Assembly: GCA_051362555.1 (NCBI GenBank)
Contig: CM120648.1
Coordinates: 14,504,587 to 14,568,586 of the forward strand
DNA from: Lingula anatina
Taxonomy: Eukaryota; Animalia; Brachiopoda
DNA: 64,000 bases
Direction: 5' to 3'
Below the pieces are notes generated by a model, which was not told the DNA's origin, did not search any database, and saw nothing but the letters and a program-made list of their open reading frames with translations. The translations under genes were made by a program, and so were the position numbers. Shown here piece by piece: positions 1 through 13,812 of this stretch. Numbering within the stretch: the stretch's first letter is position 1; every line of letters starts with the position of its first letter.

Positions 1-3000
1 TTTGCCAGTCTTTTCAATGTAATTTTCAGTTTTCTAAAATATATCGTCCAAAAAATAGTTTTTAGTGGACACAGTCAACTGATAACCTTATCAATGATTT
101 TTATAATTGTTCAGCATCATATGTTTAAATTTCACCAATGTTGGACTAGATTTGTCAAAATTATTAGCGTTTAACTATTTTATGTCATGGAATTTGCCAG
201 TCTTTTCAATGTAATTTTCAGTTTTCTAAAATATATCGTCCAAAAAAATAGTTTTTAGTGGACACAGTCAACTGATAACCTTATCACTGATTTTTAAAAT
301 TGTTCAGCATCATATGTTTAAATTTCACCAATGTTGGACTAGATTTGTCAAAATTATTAGTGTTTAACTATTTTATGTCATGGAATTTGCCAGTCTTTTC
401 AATGTAATTTTCAGTTTTCTAAAATATATCGTCCAAAAAAATAGTTTTTAGTGGACACAGTCAACTGATAACCTTATCACTGATTTTTATAATTGTTCAG
501 CATCATATGTTTAAATTTCACCAATGTTGGACTAGATTTGTCAAAATTATTAGCGTTTAACTATTTTATGTCATGGAATTTGCCAGTCTTTTAAATGTAA
601 TTTTCAGTTTTCTAAAATATATCGTCCAAAAAAATCGTTTTTAGTGGACACAGTCAACTGATAAGCTTCTCACTGATTTTTATAATTGTTCAGCATCATA
701 TGTTTAAATTTCACCATTATTGGACTAGATTTGTCAAAGTGATTAACGTTTAACTATTTTATGTCTTGGAATTAGTCAGCCTTTTCAATGTTATTTTCAG
801 TTTTCTAAAATATATCATCCATTAAAAATCGTTTTAAGTGGACACAGTCAACTGATAAGCTTCTCACTGATTTTTATATATGTTCAGCATCATATGTTTA
901 AATTTCACCATTATTGGACTAGATTTGTTAAAGTTATTAACGTTTAACTATTTTATGTCTTGGAATTAGTCAGCCTTTTCAATGTTATTTTCAGTTTTCT
1001 CAAATATATATGTTCAGACAAAATCTTTTTTATTTTACACAGTCAACTGCTAAGCTTATCACAGATTTTTATTGTTGTTCAGCATCATTTGCACAAATTT
1101 CAACATTATTGGACTAGATTTGTCAAAATTATTAGCGTTTAACTATTTTATGTCTTGGAATTTGCCAGTCTTTTCAATGTAATTTTCAGTTTTCTAAAAT
1201 ATATCGTCCAAAAAAAATCGTTTTTAGTGGACACAGTCAACTGATACCCTTATCACTGATTTTTATTATTGTTCAGCATCATTTGTCCAAATTTCACAAA
1301 TATTGGACTAGATTTGTCAAAATTATTAATGTTTAACTATTTGATATATTGCTCATTTCCAGGTGACCCTTTCCATAAAGTGTGGTGGCCTCTTGGTGAA
1401 CAGACTCTTCCTCTCTGGACACGGCTAATTCCCATGGAAAAAGCAAGCATTGAAAGTCAGTAGCGGGACAGCGCTATGTCTCATCCATTTGTAGAATATA
1501 TTGTATGAGGCAAGATTTAGGACATTGTCAAATGTTGTGCTAAACCTGATTCCAGAAATCCACTGTAAGGAGGAATCTGCATCTGGTATTGGTAGTATGT
1601 AGAAGTCTTGAATGGGTATGTATTGTTCTCCAGATGATATATATGGGTAATTTGGCACCTATTACACAAACAAACTCAAATCGTAATATTTCTTGTTTCA
1701 TTTTAGACTGACTGATATGTTATGAAATCGTAAAATTTGTATTCGGTAATTCTACCTCTTGTCGAACAAATTGCTAATGAACACCACTTCTACTACACAC
1801 GGTCAACTGATAACCTTATCACAGATATTTATTGTTGTTAAGCATCATTTGTACAAATTTCACAACTATTGGAGTAGATTTGTCAAAATTATTAGCGTTT
1901 AACTATTTTATGTCATGGAATTTGCCAGTCTTTTCAATGTAATTTTCAGTTTTCTAAAATATATCGTCCAAAAAAGTAGTTTTTAGTGGACACAGTCAAC
2001 TGATAACCTTATCACTGATTTTTATAATTGTTCAGCATCATATGTTTAAATTTCACCAATGTTGGACTAGATTTGTCAAAATTTTTAACGTTTAACTATT
2101 TTATGTCATGGAATTTGCCAGTCTTTTCAATGTAATTTTCAGTTTTCTAAAATATATCGTCCAAAAAAATAGTTTTTAGTGGACACAGTCAACTGATAAC
2201 CTTATCACTGATTTTTATATTTGTTCAGCATCATATGTTTAAATTTCACCAATGTTGGACTAGATTTGTCAAAGTGATTAACGTTTAACTATTTTATGTC
2301 TTGGAATTAGTCAGCCTTTTCAATGTTATTTTCAGTTTTCTAAAATATATCATCCATTAAAAATCGTTTTAAGTGGACACAGTCAACTGATAAGCTTCTC
2401 ACTGATTTTTATATATGTTCAGCATCATATGTTTAAATTTCACCATTATTGGACTACATTTGTCAAAGTTATTAACGTTTAACTATTTTATGTCTTGGAA
2501 TTAGTCAGCCTTTTCAATGTTATTTTCAGTTTTCTCAAATATATATGTTCAGACAAAATCTTTTTTATTTTACACAGTCAACTGCTAAGCTTATCACAGA
2601 TTTTTATTGTTGTTCAGCATCATTTGCACAAATTTCAACATTATTGGACTAGATTTGTCAAAATTATTAGCGTTTAACTATTTTATGTCTTGGAATTTGC
2701 CAGTCTTTTCAATGTAATTTTCAGTTTTCTAAAATATATCGTCCAAAAAAAATCGTTTTTAGTGGACACAGTCAACTGATACCCTTATCACTGATTTTTA
2801 TTATTGTTCAGCATCATTTGTCCAAATTTCACAAATATTGGACTAGATTTGTCAAAATTATTAATGTTTAACTATTTGATATATTGCTCATTTCCAGGTG
2901 ACCCTTTCCATAAAGTGTGGTGGCCTCTTGGTGAACAGACTCTTCCTCTCTGGACACGGCTAATTCCCATGGAAAAAGCAAGCATTGAAAGTCAGTAGCG

Positions 3001-6000
3001 GGACAGCGCTATGTCTCATCCATTTGTAGAATATATTGTATGAGGCAAGATTTAGGACATTGTCAAATGTTGTGCTAAACCTGATTCCAGAAATCCACTG
3101 TAAGGAGGAATCTGCATCTGGTATTGGTAGTATGTAGAAGTCTTGAATGGGTATGTATTGTTCTCCAGATGATATATATGGGTAATTTGGCACCTATTAC
3201 ACAAACAAACTCAAATCGTAATATTTCTTGTTTCATTTTAGACTGACTGATATGTTATGAAATCGTAAAATTTGTATTCGGTAATTCTACCTCTTGTCGA
3301 ACAAATTGCTAATGAACACCACTTCTACTACACACGGTCAACTGATAACCTTATCACAGATATTTATTGTTGTTAAGCATCATTTGTACAAATTTCACAA
3401 CTATTGGAGTAGATTTGTCAAAATTATTAGCGTTTAACTATTTTATGTCATGGAATTTGCCAGTCTTTTCAATGTAATTTTCAGTTTTCTAAAATATATC
3501 GTCCAAAAAAGTAGTTTTTAGTGGACACAGTCAACTGATAACCTTATCACTGATTTTTATAATTGTTCAGCATCATATGTTTAAATTTCACCAATGTTGG
3601 ACTAGATTTGTCAAAATTTTTAACGTTTAACTATTTTATGTCATGGAATTTGCCAGTCTTTTCAATGTAATTTTCAGTTTTCTAAAATATATCGTCCAAA
3701 AAAATAGTTTTTAGTGGACACAGTCAACTGATAACCTTATCACTGATTTTTATATTTGTTCAGCATCATATGTTTAAATTTCACCAATGTTGGACTAGAT
3801 TTGTCAAAGTGATTAACGTTTAACTATTTTATGTCTTGGAATTAGTCAGCCTTTTCAATGTTATTTTCAGTTTTCTAAAATATATCATCCATTAAAAATC
3901 GTTTTAAGTGGACACAGTCAACTGATAAGCTTCTCACTGATTTTTATATATGTTCAGCATCATATGTTTAAATTTCACCATTATTGGACTACATTTGTCA
4001 AAGTTATTAACGTTTAACTATTTTATGTCTTGGAATTAGTCAGCCTTTTCAATGTTATTTTCAGTTTTCTCAAATATATATGTTCAGACAAAATCTTTTT
4101 TATTTTACACAGTCAACTGCTAAGCTTATCACAGATTTTTATTGTTGTTCAGCATCATTTGCACAAATTTCACCATTATTGGACTAGATTTGTCCAAATT
4201 TTTAGCGTTTAACTATTTTATGTCTTGGAATTTGCCAGTCTTTTCAATGTAATTTTCAGTTTTCTCAAATATATCGTCCAAAAAAAATCGTTTTTAGTGG
4301 ACACAGTCAACTGATACCCTTATCACTGATTTTTATTATTGTTCAGCATCATTTGTCCAAATTTCACAAATATTGGACTAGATTTGTCAAAATTATTAAC
4401 GTTTAACTATTTGATATATTGCTCATTTCCAGGTTACCCTTTCCATAAAGTGTGGTGGCCTCTTGGTGAACAGACTCTTCCTCTCTGGACACGGCTAATT
4501 CCCATGGAAAAAGCAAGCATTGATAGTCAGTAGCGGGACAGCGCTATGTCTCATCCATTTGTAGAATATATTGTATGAGGCAAGATTTAGGACATTGTCA
4601 AATGTTGTGCTAAACCTGATTCCAGAAATCCACTGTAAGGAGGAATCTGCATCTGGTATTGGTAGTATGTAGAAGTCTTGAATGGGTATGTATTGTTTTC
4701 CAGATGACATATATGGGTAATTTGGCACCTCTTACACAAACAAACTCAAATCGTAATATTTTTTGTTTTATTTTAGACAATGATATGTTGTGAAATCGTA
4801 AAATTTGTTTTCGATAATTCTACCTCTTGTCGAACAAATTTCTAATGAACAACACTTCTATGACACACTGTCAATGAAAAAGCTTATCACAGATTTTTAT
4901 TGTTGTCGTGCATCATTTGCACAAATTTCACCATTATTGGACTAGATTTGTCAAAATGATTAACGTTTAACTAATTTATGTCTTGGAATTTGTCAGCCTT
5001 TTCAGTGTTATTTTCAGTTTTCTCAAAAATATATATATCGTCCAAAAAAATAGTTTTTAGTGGACACAGTCAACTGGTAACCTTATCACTGATTTTTATA
5101 ATTGTTCAGCATCATATGTTGAAATTTCACCAATGTTGGACTAGATTTGTCAAAATTATTAACGTTTAACTATTTTATGTCTTGGAATTTGCCAGTCTTT
5201 TCAATGTTATTTTCAGTTTTCTAAAATATATCATGCATTGAAAATCGTTTTAAGTGGACACAGTCAACTGATAAGCTTCTCACTGATTTTTATATATGTT
5301 CAGCATCATATGTTTAAATTTCACCATTATTGGACTAGATTTGTCAAAGTTATTAACGTTTAACTATTTTATGTCTTGGAATTTGTCAGCCTTTTCAATG
5401 TTATTTTCAGTTTTCTCAAATATATATGTTCAGACGAAATCTTTTTCATTTCACACAGTCAATTGATAAGCTTATCACAGACTTTTATTGTTGTTCAGTA
5501 TCATTTGCACCAATTTCACCATTATTGGACTAGATTTGTCAAAATTATTAACGTTTAACTATTTTATGTCTTGGAATTTTTCAGCCTTTTCAATGTTATT
5601 TTCAGTTTTCTCAAATATATATATTCATACAAAATCTTTTTCATTTTACACAGTCAACTGATAACTTTATTACAGATTTTGATTATTGTTCAGCATCATT
5701 TGCACCAATTTCACCATTATTGGACTATATTTGTCAAAATTATTAGCGTTTAACTATTTTATGTCTTGGAATTTGCCAGTCTTTTCAATGTAATTTTCAG
5801 TTTTCTAAAATATATCGTCCAAAAAAATCATTTTTAGTGGACACAGTCAAGTGATTAACTTATCACTGATTTTTATTATTGTTCAGCATCATTTGTCCAA
5901 ATTTCACAAATATTGGACTAGATTTGTCAAAATTACAAACGTTTAACTATTTGATATATTGCTCATTTCTAGGTGACCCTTTCCATAAATTGTGGTGGCT

Positions 6001-9000
6001 TCTTGGTGAACTGACTCTTCCTCTCTGGACTCAGCTAATTCCTATGGAAAAAGCAGGCACTGAAAGACAGTAGCAAGAGCAGCGCTATGTCTCATCCATG
6101 TGTAGAATATATTGTATGAGGCTAGATTTAGGACATTGTCAAATGTTGTGCTAAACCTGATTCCAGAAACCCACTGTAAGGAGGAATCTGCATCTGGTAT
6201 TGGTAGTATGTAGAAGTCTTGAATGGGTATGTATTGTTTTCCAGATGACATATATGGATAATTTGGCACCTCTTACACAAACAAACTCAAATCATAATAT
6301 TCCTTGTTTCATTTTAGACTGAATGACATGTTGTGAAATTGTAAAATTTGTTTTCGGTAATTCTACCTCTTGTCGAACAAATTTCCAATGAACAACTCTT
6401 CTATGACACACTGTCAACTAAAAAGCTTATCACAGATATTTATTGTTGTTAAGGATCATTAGTACAAATTTCACAAATATTGGAGTAGATTTGTCAAAAT
6501 TATTAACATTTAACTATTTATGTCACGGAATTTGCCAGTATTTTCAATGTAATTTTCAGTTTTCTAAAATATATTATCCGAAAAAATTGTTTTCAGGGCA
6601 CACAGTCAACTGATAAGCTTGTCACTGATTTTTGTTATTGTTCAGCATCATATGTTTAAATTTCACCATTATTGGTCTAGATTTGCCAAAATTATTAACA
6701 TTGAACTATTTGATATATTGCTTATTTCCAGGTGACCCTTTCCATAAAGTGTGGTGGCTTCTTGGTGAACTGACTCTTCCTCTCTGGACACGGCTAATTC
6801 CTATGGAAAAAGCAGGAATTGAAAGACAGTAGCGAGAGTAGCGCTATGTCTCATCCATGTGTAGAATATATTGTATGAGGCAAGATCTAGGCAATGTGAA
6901 ATGTTGTGCTAAACCTGATTCCAGAAACCCACTGTAAGGAGGAATCTGCATCGGGTATTGGTTGTATGTAGAAGTCTTGAATGGGTATGTATTGTTTTCC
7001 AGATGACATATATGGGTAATTTGGCACCTCTTACACAAACAAACTCAGATCATAATATTTCTTGCTTCATTTTAGACTGAATGATATGTTGTGAAATCGT
7101 AACATTTGTTTTCGGTAATTCGTCCTCTTGTCGAACAAATTTCTAATGAACAACATATCTATGACACACTGTCAACTGATAAGCTTATCACAGATTTTTA
7201 TTGCTGTTAAGCATCATTTGTCCTAATTTCACAAATATTGGACTAGATTTGTCAAAATTATCAATGTTCAACTATTTTATGTCATGGAATTTGCACGTCT
7301 TTTCAATTTAATTTTCAGATTTCTAAAATGTATTATCCAAAAAAAATGAGTTTTAGGAAACACAGTCAACTGATAAGCTTATTGCAGATATTTATTGTTG
7401 TTAGGCATCATTTGTACAAATTTCAGAAAAATTGGAGTAGATTTGTCAAAATTATTAGCGTTTAACTATTTTATGTCATGGAATTTGCCAGTCTTTTCAA
7501 TGTAATTTTCAGTTTTCTAAAATATATCGTCCAAAAAAATAGTTTTTAGTGGACACAGTCAACTGATAATCTTATCACTGATTTTTATAATTGTTCAGCA
7601 TCATATGTTTAAATTTCACCATTATTGGACTAGATTTGTCAAAGTTATTAATATTTAACTATTTCTGTCTTGGAATTTGCCAGCCTTTTCAATGTAATTT
7701 TCAGTTTTCTAAAATATATCGTCCAAAAAAATAGTTTTTAGTGGACACAGTCAACTGATAACCTTATCACTGATTTTTATAATTGTTCAGCATCATATGT
7801 TTAAATTTCACCATTATTGGACTAGATTTGTCAAAGTTATTAACATTTAACTATTTTATGTCATGGAATTTGCCAGTCTTTTCAATGTAATTTTCAGTTT
7901 TCTAAAATATATCGTCCAAAAAAATCGTTTTAAGTGGACACAGTCAACTGATAACCTTATCACTGATTTTTATAATTGTTCAGCATCAAATATTTAAATT
8001 TCACCAATGTTGGACTAGATTTGTCAAAATTATTAACGTTTAACTATTTTATGTCTTCGAATTTGTCAGTCTTTTCAATGTTATTTTCAGTTTTCTAAAA
8101 TATATCATCCATTAAAAATCGTTTTAAGTGGACACAGTCAACTGATAAGCTTCTCACTGATTTTTATATATGTTCAGCATCATATGTTTAAATTTCACCA
8201 TTATTGGACTTGATTTGTCAAAGTTATTAACGTTTAACTATTTTATGTCTTGGAATTAGTCAGCCTTTTCAATGTTATTTTCAGTTTTCTCAAATATATA
8301 TGTTCAGACAAAATCTTTTTTATTTTACACAGTCAACTGCTAACTTTATCACAGATTTTTATTGTTGTTCAGCATCATTTGCACAAATTTCACCATTATT
8401 GGACTAGATTTGTCAAAATTATTAGCGTTTAACTATTTTATGTCTTGGAATTTGCCAGTCTTTTCAATGTTATTTTCAGTTTTCTAAAATATATCATCCA
8501 TTAAAAATCGTTTTTAGTGGACACAGTCAACTGATAACCTTATCACTGATTTTTATTATTGTTCAGCATCATTTGTCCAAATTTCACAAATATTGGACTA
8601 CATTTGTCAAAATTATTAACGTTTAACTATTTGATATATTGCTCATTTCCAGGTGACCCTTTTCATAGAGTGTGGTGGCCTCTTGGTGAACACACTCTTC
8701 CTCTCTGGACACGGCTAATTCCTATGGAAAAAGCAAGCATTGAAAGTCAATAGCGGGACAGCGCTATGTCTCATCCATTTGTAGAATATATTGCATGAGG
8801 CAAGATTTAGGACATTGTCAAATGTTGTGCTAAACCTGATTCCAGAAATCCACTGTAAGGAGGAATCTGCATCTGGTATTGGTAGTATGTAGAAGTCTTG
8901 AATGGGTATGTATTGTTCTCCAGATGATATATATGGGTAATTTGGCACCTATTACACAAACAAACTCAAATCGTAATATTTCTTGTTTCATTTTAGACTG

Positions 9001-12000
9001 ACTGATATGTTATGAAATCGTAAAATTTGTTTTCGGTAATTCTACCTCTTGTCGAACAAATTGCTAATGAACACCACTTCTACTACACACGGTCAACTGA
9101 TAAGCTTATCACAGATATTTGTTGTTGTTAAGCATCATTTGTACAAATTTCACAAATATTGGAGTAGATTTATCAAAATTATTAGCGTTTAACTATTTTA
9201 TGTCATGGAATTTGCCAGTCTTTTCAATGTAATTTTCAGTTTTCTAAAATATATCGTCCAAAAAAATAGTTTTTAGTGGACACAGTCAACTGATAACCTT
9301 ATCACTGATTTTTATAATTGTTCAGCATCATATGTTTAAATTTCACCAATGTTGGACTAGATTTGTCAAAATTATTAGCGTTTAACTATTTTATGTCATG
9401 GAATTTGCCAGTCTTTTAAATGTAATTTTCAGTTTTCTAAAATATATCGTCCAAAAAAATCGTTTTTAGTGGACACAGTCAACTGATAAGCTTCTCACTG
9501 ATTTTTATAATTGTTCAGCATCATATGTTTAAATTTCACCATTATTGGACTAGATTTGTCAAAGTTATTAACGTTTAACTATTTTATGTCTTGGAATTAG
9601 TCAGCCTTTTCAATGTTATTTTCAGTTTTCTAAAATATATCATCCATTAAAAATCGTTTTAAGTGGACACAGTCAACTTATAACCTGATCTCTGATTTTT
9701 ATTATTGTTCAGCATCATTTGTCCAAATTTCACAAATATTGGACTACATTTGTCAAAATTATTAACGTTTAACTATTTGATATATTGCTCATTTCCAGGT
9801 GACCCTTTCCATAAAGTGTGGTGGCCTCTTGGTGAACACACTCTTCCTCTCTGGACACGGCTAATTCCTATGGAAAAAGCAAGCATTGAAAGTCAATAGC
9901 GGGACAGCGCTATGTCTCATCCATTTGTAGAATATATTGTATGAGGCAAGATTTAGGACATTGTCAAATGTTGTGCTAAACCTGATTCCAGAAATCCACT
10001 GTAAGGAGGAATCTGCATCTGGTATTGGTAGTATGTAGAAGTCTTGAATGGGTATGTATTGTTCTCCAGATTATATATATGGGTAATTTGGCACCTATTA
10101 CACAAACAAACTCAAATCGTAATATTTCTTGTTTCATTTTAGACTGACTGATATGTTATGAAATCGTAAAATTTGTTTTCGGTAATTCTACCTCTTGTCG
10201 AACAAATTGCTAATGAACACCACTTCTACTACACACGGTCAACTGATAAGCTTATCACAGATATTTGTTGTTGTTAAGCATCATTTGTACAAATTTCACA
10301 AATATTGGAGTAGATTTGTCAAAATTATTAACATTTAACTATTTATGTCACGGAATTTGCCAGTATTTTCAATGTAATTTTCAGTTTTCTAAAATATATT
10401 ATCCGAAAAAATTGTTTTCAGGGCACACAGTCAACTGATAAGCTTGTCACTGATTTTTGTTATTGTTCAGCATCATATGTTTAAATTTCACCATTATTGG
10501 TCTAGATTTGTCAAAATTATTAACATTGAACTATTTGATATATTGCTTATTTCCAGGTGACCCTTTCCATAAAGTGTGGTGGCTTCTTGGTGAACTGACT
10601 CTTCCTCTCTGGACACGGCTAATTCCTATGGAAAAAGCAAGCATTGAAAGTCAATAGCGGGACAGCGCTATGTCTCATCCATTTGTAGAATATATTGTAT
10701 GAGGCAAGATCTAGGCAATGTGAAATGTTGTGCTAAACCTGATTCCAGAAACCCACTGTAAGGAGGAATCTGCATCGGTTATTGGTTGTATGTAGAAGTC
10801 TTGAATGGGTATGTATTGTTTTCCAGATGACATATATGGGTAATTTGGCACCTCTTACACAAACAAACTCAGATCATAATATTTCTTGCTTCATTTTAGA
10901 CTGAATGATATGTTGTGAAATCGTAACATTTGTTTTCGGTAATTCGTCCTCTTGTCGAACAAATTTCTAATGAACAACATATCTATGACACACTGTCAAC
11001 TGATAAGCTTATCACAGATTTTTATTGCTGTTAAGCATCATTTGTCCTAATTTCACAAATATTGGACTAGATTTGTCAAAATTATCAATGTTCAACTATT
11101 TTATGTCATGGAATTTGCACGTCTTTTCAATTTAATTTTCAGATTTCTAAAATGTATTATCCAAAAAAAATGAGTTTTAGGAAACACAGTCAACTGATAA
11201 GCTTATTGCAGATATTTATTGTTGTTAGGCATCATTTGTACAAATTTCACAAAAATTGGAGTAGATTTGTCAAAATTATTAACCTTTAACTATTTTATGT
11301 CATGGAATTTGCCAGTATTTTCAATGTAGTTTTCAGATTTCTTAAATACATATGTTCAGACAAAATCTTTTTCATTTCACAGTCAACTGATGAGCTTATC
11401 ACAGATTTTTATTGTTGTTATGTATCATTTGTCCAAATTTCACCAATATTGGAGTAGATTTGTCAAAATTATTCAAGTTGAACTATTTGAAGTCATGGAA
11501 TTTGGGGGTCGTTTTAAGGTATTTTCAGTTTTCTCAAATATATTTTCTGAAAGTATCTTTTCAATTAGACACTGTCAACTGTTAAGCTTAACTTTATTAA
11601 AATTATTAGTGTTTTACTATTTTATTCTGGGAAATTAGTCACTCTTTTAAATTTAATTTTTCACTTTTTAGAAATTATATATTGCTCTTTTCTAGGTAAC
11701 CCTTTCCATACAGCGTGGTGGCTTCTTGATGAACTGAATCTTCCTCTCTGGACAAGGCCAATTCATATGGAAAAAGCAGGAATTGAAAGACAGTAGCGAG
11801 AGCAGCGCTATGTCTCATCCATGTGTAGAATATATTGTATGAGGCAAGATTTAGGACATTGTCAAATGTTGTGCTAAACCTGATTACCACTGTAAGGAGG
11901 AATCTGGTATTAGTAGTAAGGAGAAGTCTTGAATGCGTATGTATTGTTTTCCAGATGACAGTTATGGGTAATTTGGGACCTCTTACACAAACAAACTCAA

Positions 12001-12150
12001 ATTGTAATATTTCTTGCTTCATTTTAGACTGAATGATATATTGCATTGTTAAAAAATTTTTTTTAGTAATTCTCACTTTTATACAAATTGCCAATAAACT
12101 ACAATTTTATTACACACAGTCAACTGATAAGCTTATCACAGATTTTTATT
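1..12150. repeat. Satellite array, 193-195 bp monomer, with a 1535 bp higher-order repeat (6 monomers plus a ~370 bp cassette); runs off the left edge
   Basis: Monomer starts at 1, 193, 386, 579, 772, 966 and 1161. Near-identical blocks recur at 960, 2495 and 4030 (period 1535). 6490-7440 is repeated at ~10320-11290 (offset 3825). Monomers become more diverged toward 12150. Confidence 0.97.
1343..1715 (+). other. Non-satellite, exon-like cassette in the satellite (first of 9 copies; others at ~2878, 4413, 5953, 6712, 8633, 9779, 10537, 11677)
   Basis: Higher-complexity ~370 bp insert between monomer halves. Acceptor-like ttgctcatttccag|GTGACC at 1362/1363 and donor-like AATGG|gtatgt at 1615/1616. 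Stops in all plus frames. Confidence 0.6.
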
Positions 12151-12197
12151 ATTAATGTTTAACTACATTTATGTTGGTAATTTGGTACATTTTAAGT

Positions 12198-13812
12198 CTT
12201 ATTGTACATCCAGCATAGTGCTGGAGGTACACATGATTTTAGTTCCGACTGCTGTTGTATTGCGGCAGAGCCAGTGGAACCAACGGAGCTATCTGAGCTG
12301 TTGGATCTGCTGGCCTGCCTCCAAGTCACCGTTACCTCTCCTCTTAAACTACAAGAGCCCCTGTATCCATCTCTTTTATGTAGGTCAGATATAAATTCAA
12401 CTTGACCCATGTGAATTTTGGGGTTTTATCTGTGCTTGGGTGTAGGTGTGGTCATCGTCACGATGCACCCTTGTCCAAAATTTGCCAAATTAAACTGAAG
12501 TAAACTGAAGGAATTGCAGGAAAAATTTCTTTAGGTGGCTGAAAGTGATATGTGAAGATATATATTTTTTTTTTTGCAAAAAGAATTATTTGTGCTGAAT
12601 TTCAGAAACTACACAGACCTAACCTATAATATTATGGGTAGGTATTATCGCAATTACCGACACTCACGCATCATACATTATGGTAACTCTAAATAGATCG
12701 TCGGGAGAAGATAACAGAAGGCCTATTGACGAACAGACAACTTCCGGTCAAAATTGACAGAATTCCATGAAATTCGAACGTTTGGAATTTCTGAGTGCCT
12801 CCTTTTCATGAATTTCGACCAAAACAATCTTTTCCCAAATTTAATTATTTTCTACTGTTCGAAATTCATGGCACATTACCGTACCCTTAGGGTCACCTTT
12901 TATCTTCGTAAGTTTGGGGTCAGTCAGTGCTTTTTTATTAGAGAAGTTGCCAGTAGATTCCAAAACTGAAAACTCTAATTCTGGAACCATAAATGCTAGA
13001 AACCTCTTGTTTATTGCATTTTATAGAGCATGTCAAGCACAAAACTAGGGATGGTGTCCATTTTTTTGTTTTCCATATGGTATACGAGTTGCATCATATC
13101 AAAAGTACGACATCGCAATATTCACTGGTTAAAAATTAAATGTGTAATAACCATAGTTACTATAGAACTTCAATAAGAAGTCATATACTGGCAAGCTCAC
13201 TGACCTTTAAATTGACCCTTTGACCTACTGAACTTTGTAAATTTTCCATCCCTTATATCCCATAAGTGGCAGAGATACGTCCATATTTAATATTGAACTA
13301 GAATAGGAAGTTATATACTGTCTATCTAACAGTAAACTTGAAATTAACCTTTGACTTACTTATCAACATGAACTGAACTTTCTGTCCATTATGTCTCCAA
13401 AACCGGCACGCCCATAGATACTAGTTACTGAACCTGAATAGGAACTCGTATGTTGACAGTTTTCCTGTGACTTTGAATTTGACCTTTGACCTACTTTTAG
13501 CCATGAAATGCAATTTCCAAATTTTCAAGCTCAGATATATACAATTGAACTTGGATGGGAAGTCCTATATCCTCATTCTTACTGCAACCTTGGGTTTGAA
13601 CTTTTACTTCTCACAACCTTGTCATAAATTGTAATATTAATATTCTTAAAAAAATTGAGAACTCTTGTTAACTGCATTTTGTAAAGTTTGTCAAGCACAA
13701 CACTGGAGGTGGTATCTCTCTCTTTCTCTTTTTTTTTTTCTGTAAGAATGCACTTACTCTAGCTGGTGGTACAATACCCAGAGGCAGTATTACCTCTCTG
13801 ATCCTTTAGTTT
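12198..13812 (-). mobile_element. Non-autonomous Helentron/HINE (DINE-1-like) element, family 1, diverged copy
   Basis: Reverse complement is homologous to 37143-40288. 5' end aaactaaaggatcagagagg, subterminal IR gctggtggtacaata at 13762-13776, degenerate ~146 bp repeats at 13150-13620, 3' hairpin gtacatccagca-tag-tgctggaggtac at 12204-12230. Confidence 0.8.

Noticed and set aside
960-11638. Repeated 60-82 aa ORFs in the satellite (MELVSLF..., MFSIICP..., MPNYPY...)
   Set aside because: They are translations of satellite or cassette DNA, mostly with TTG/GTG starts and F/I/L/K bias, and frames shift between copies.
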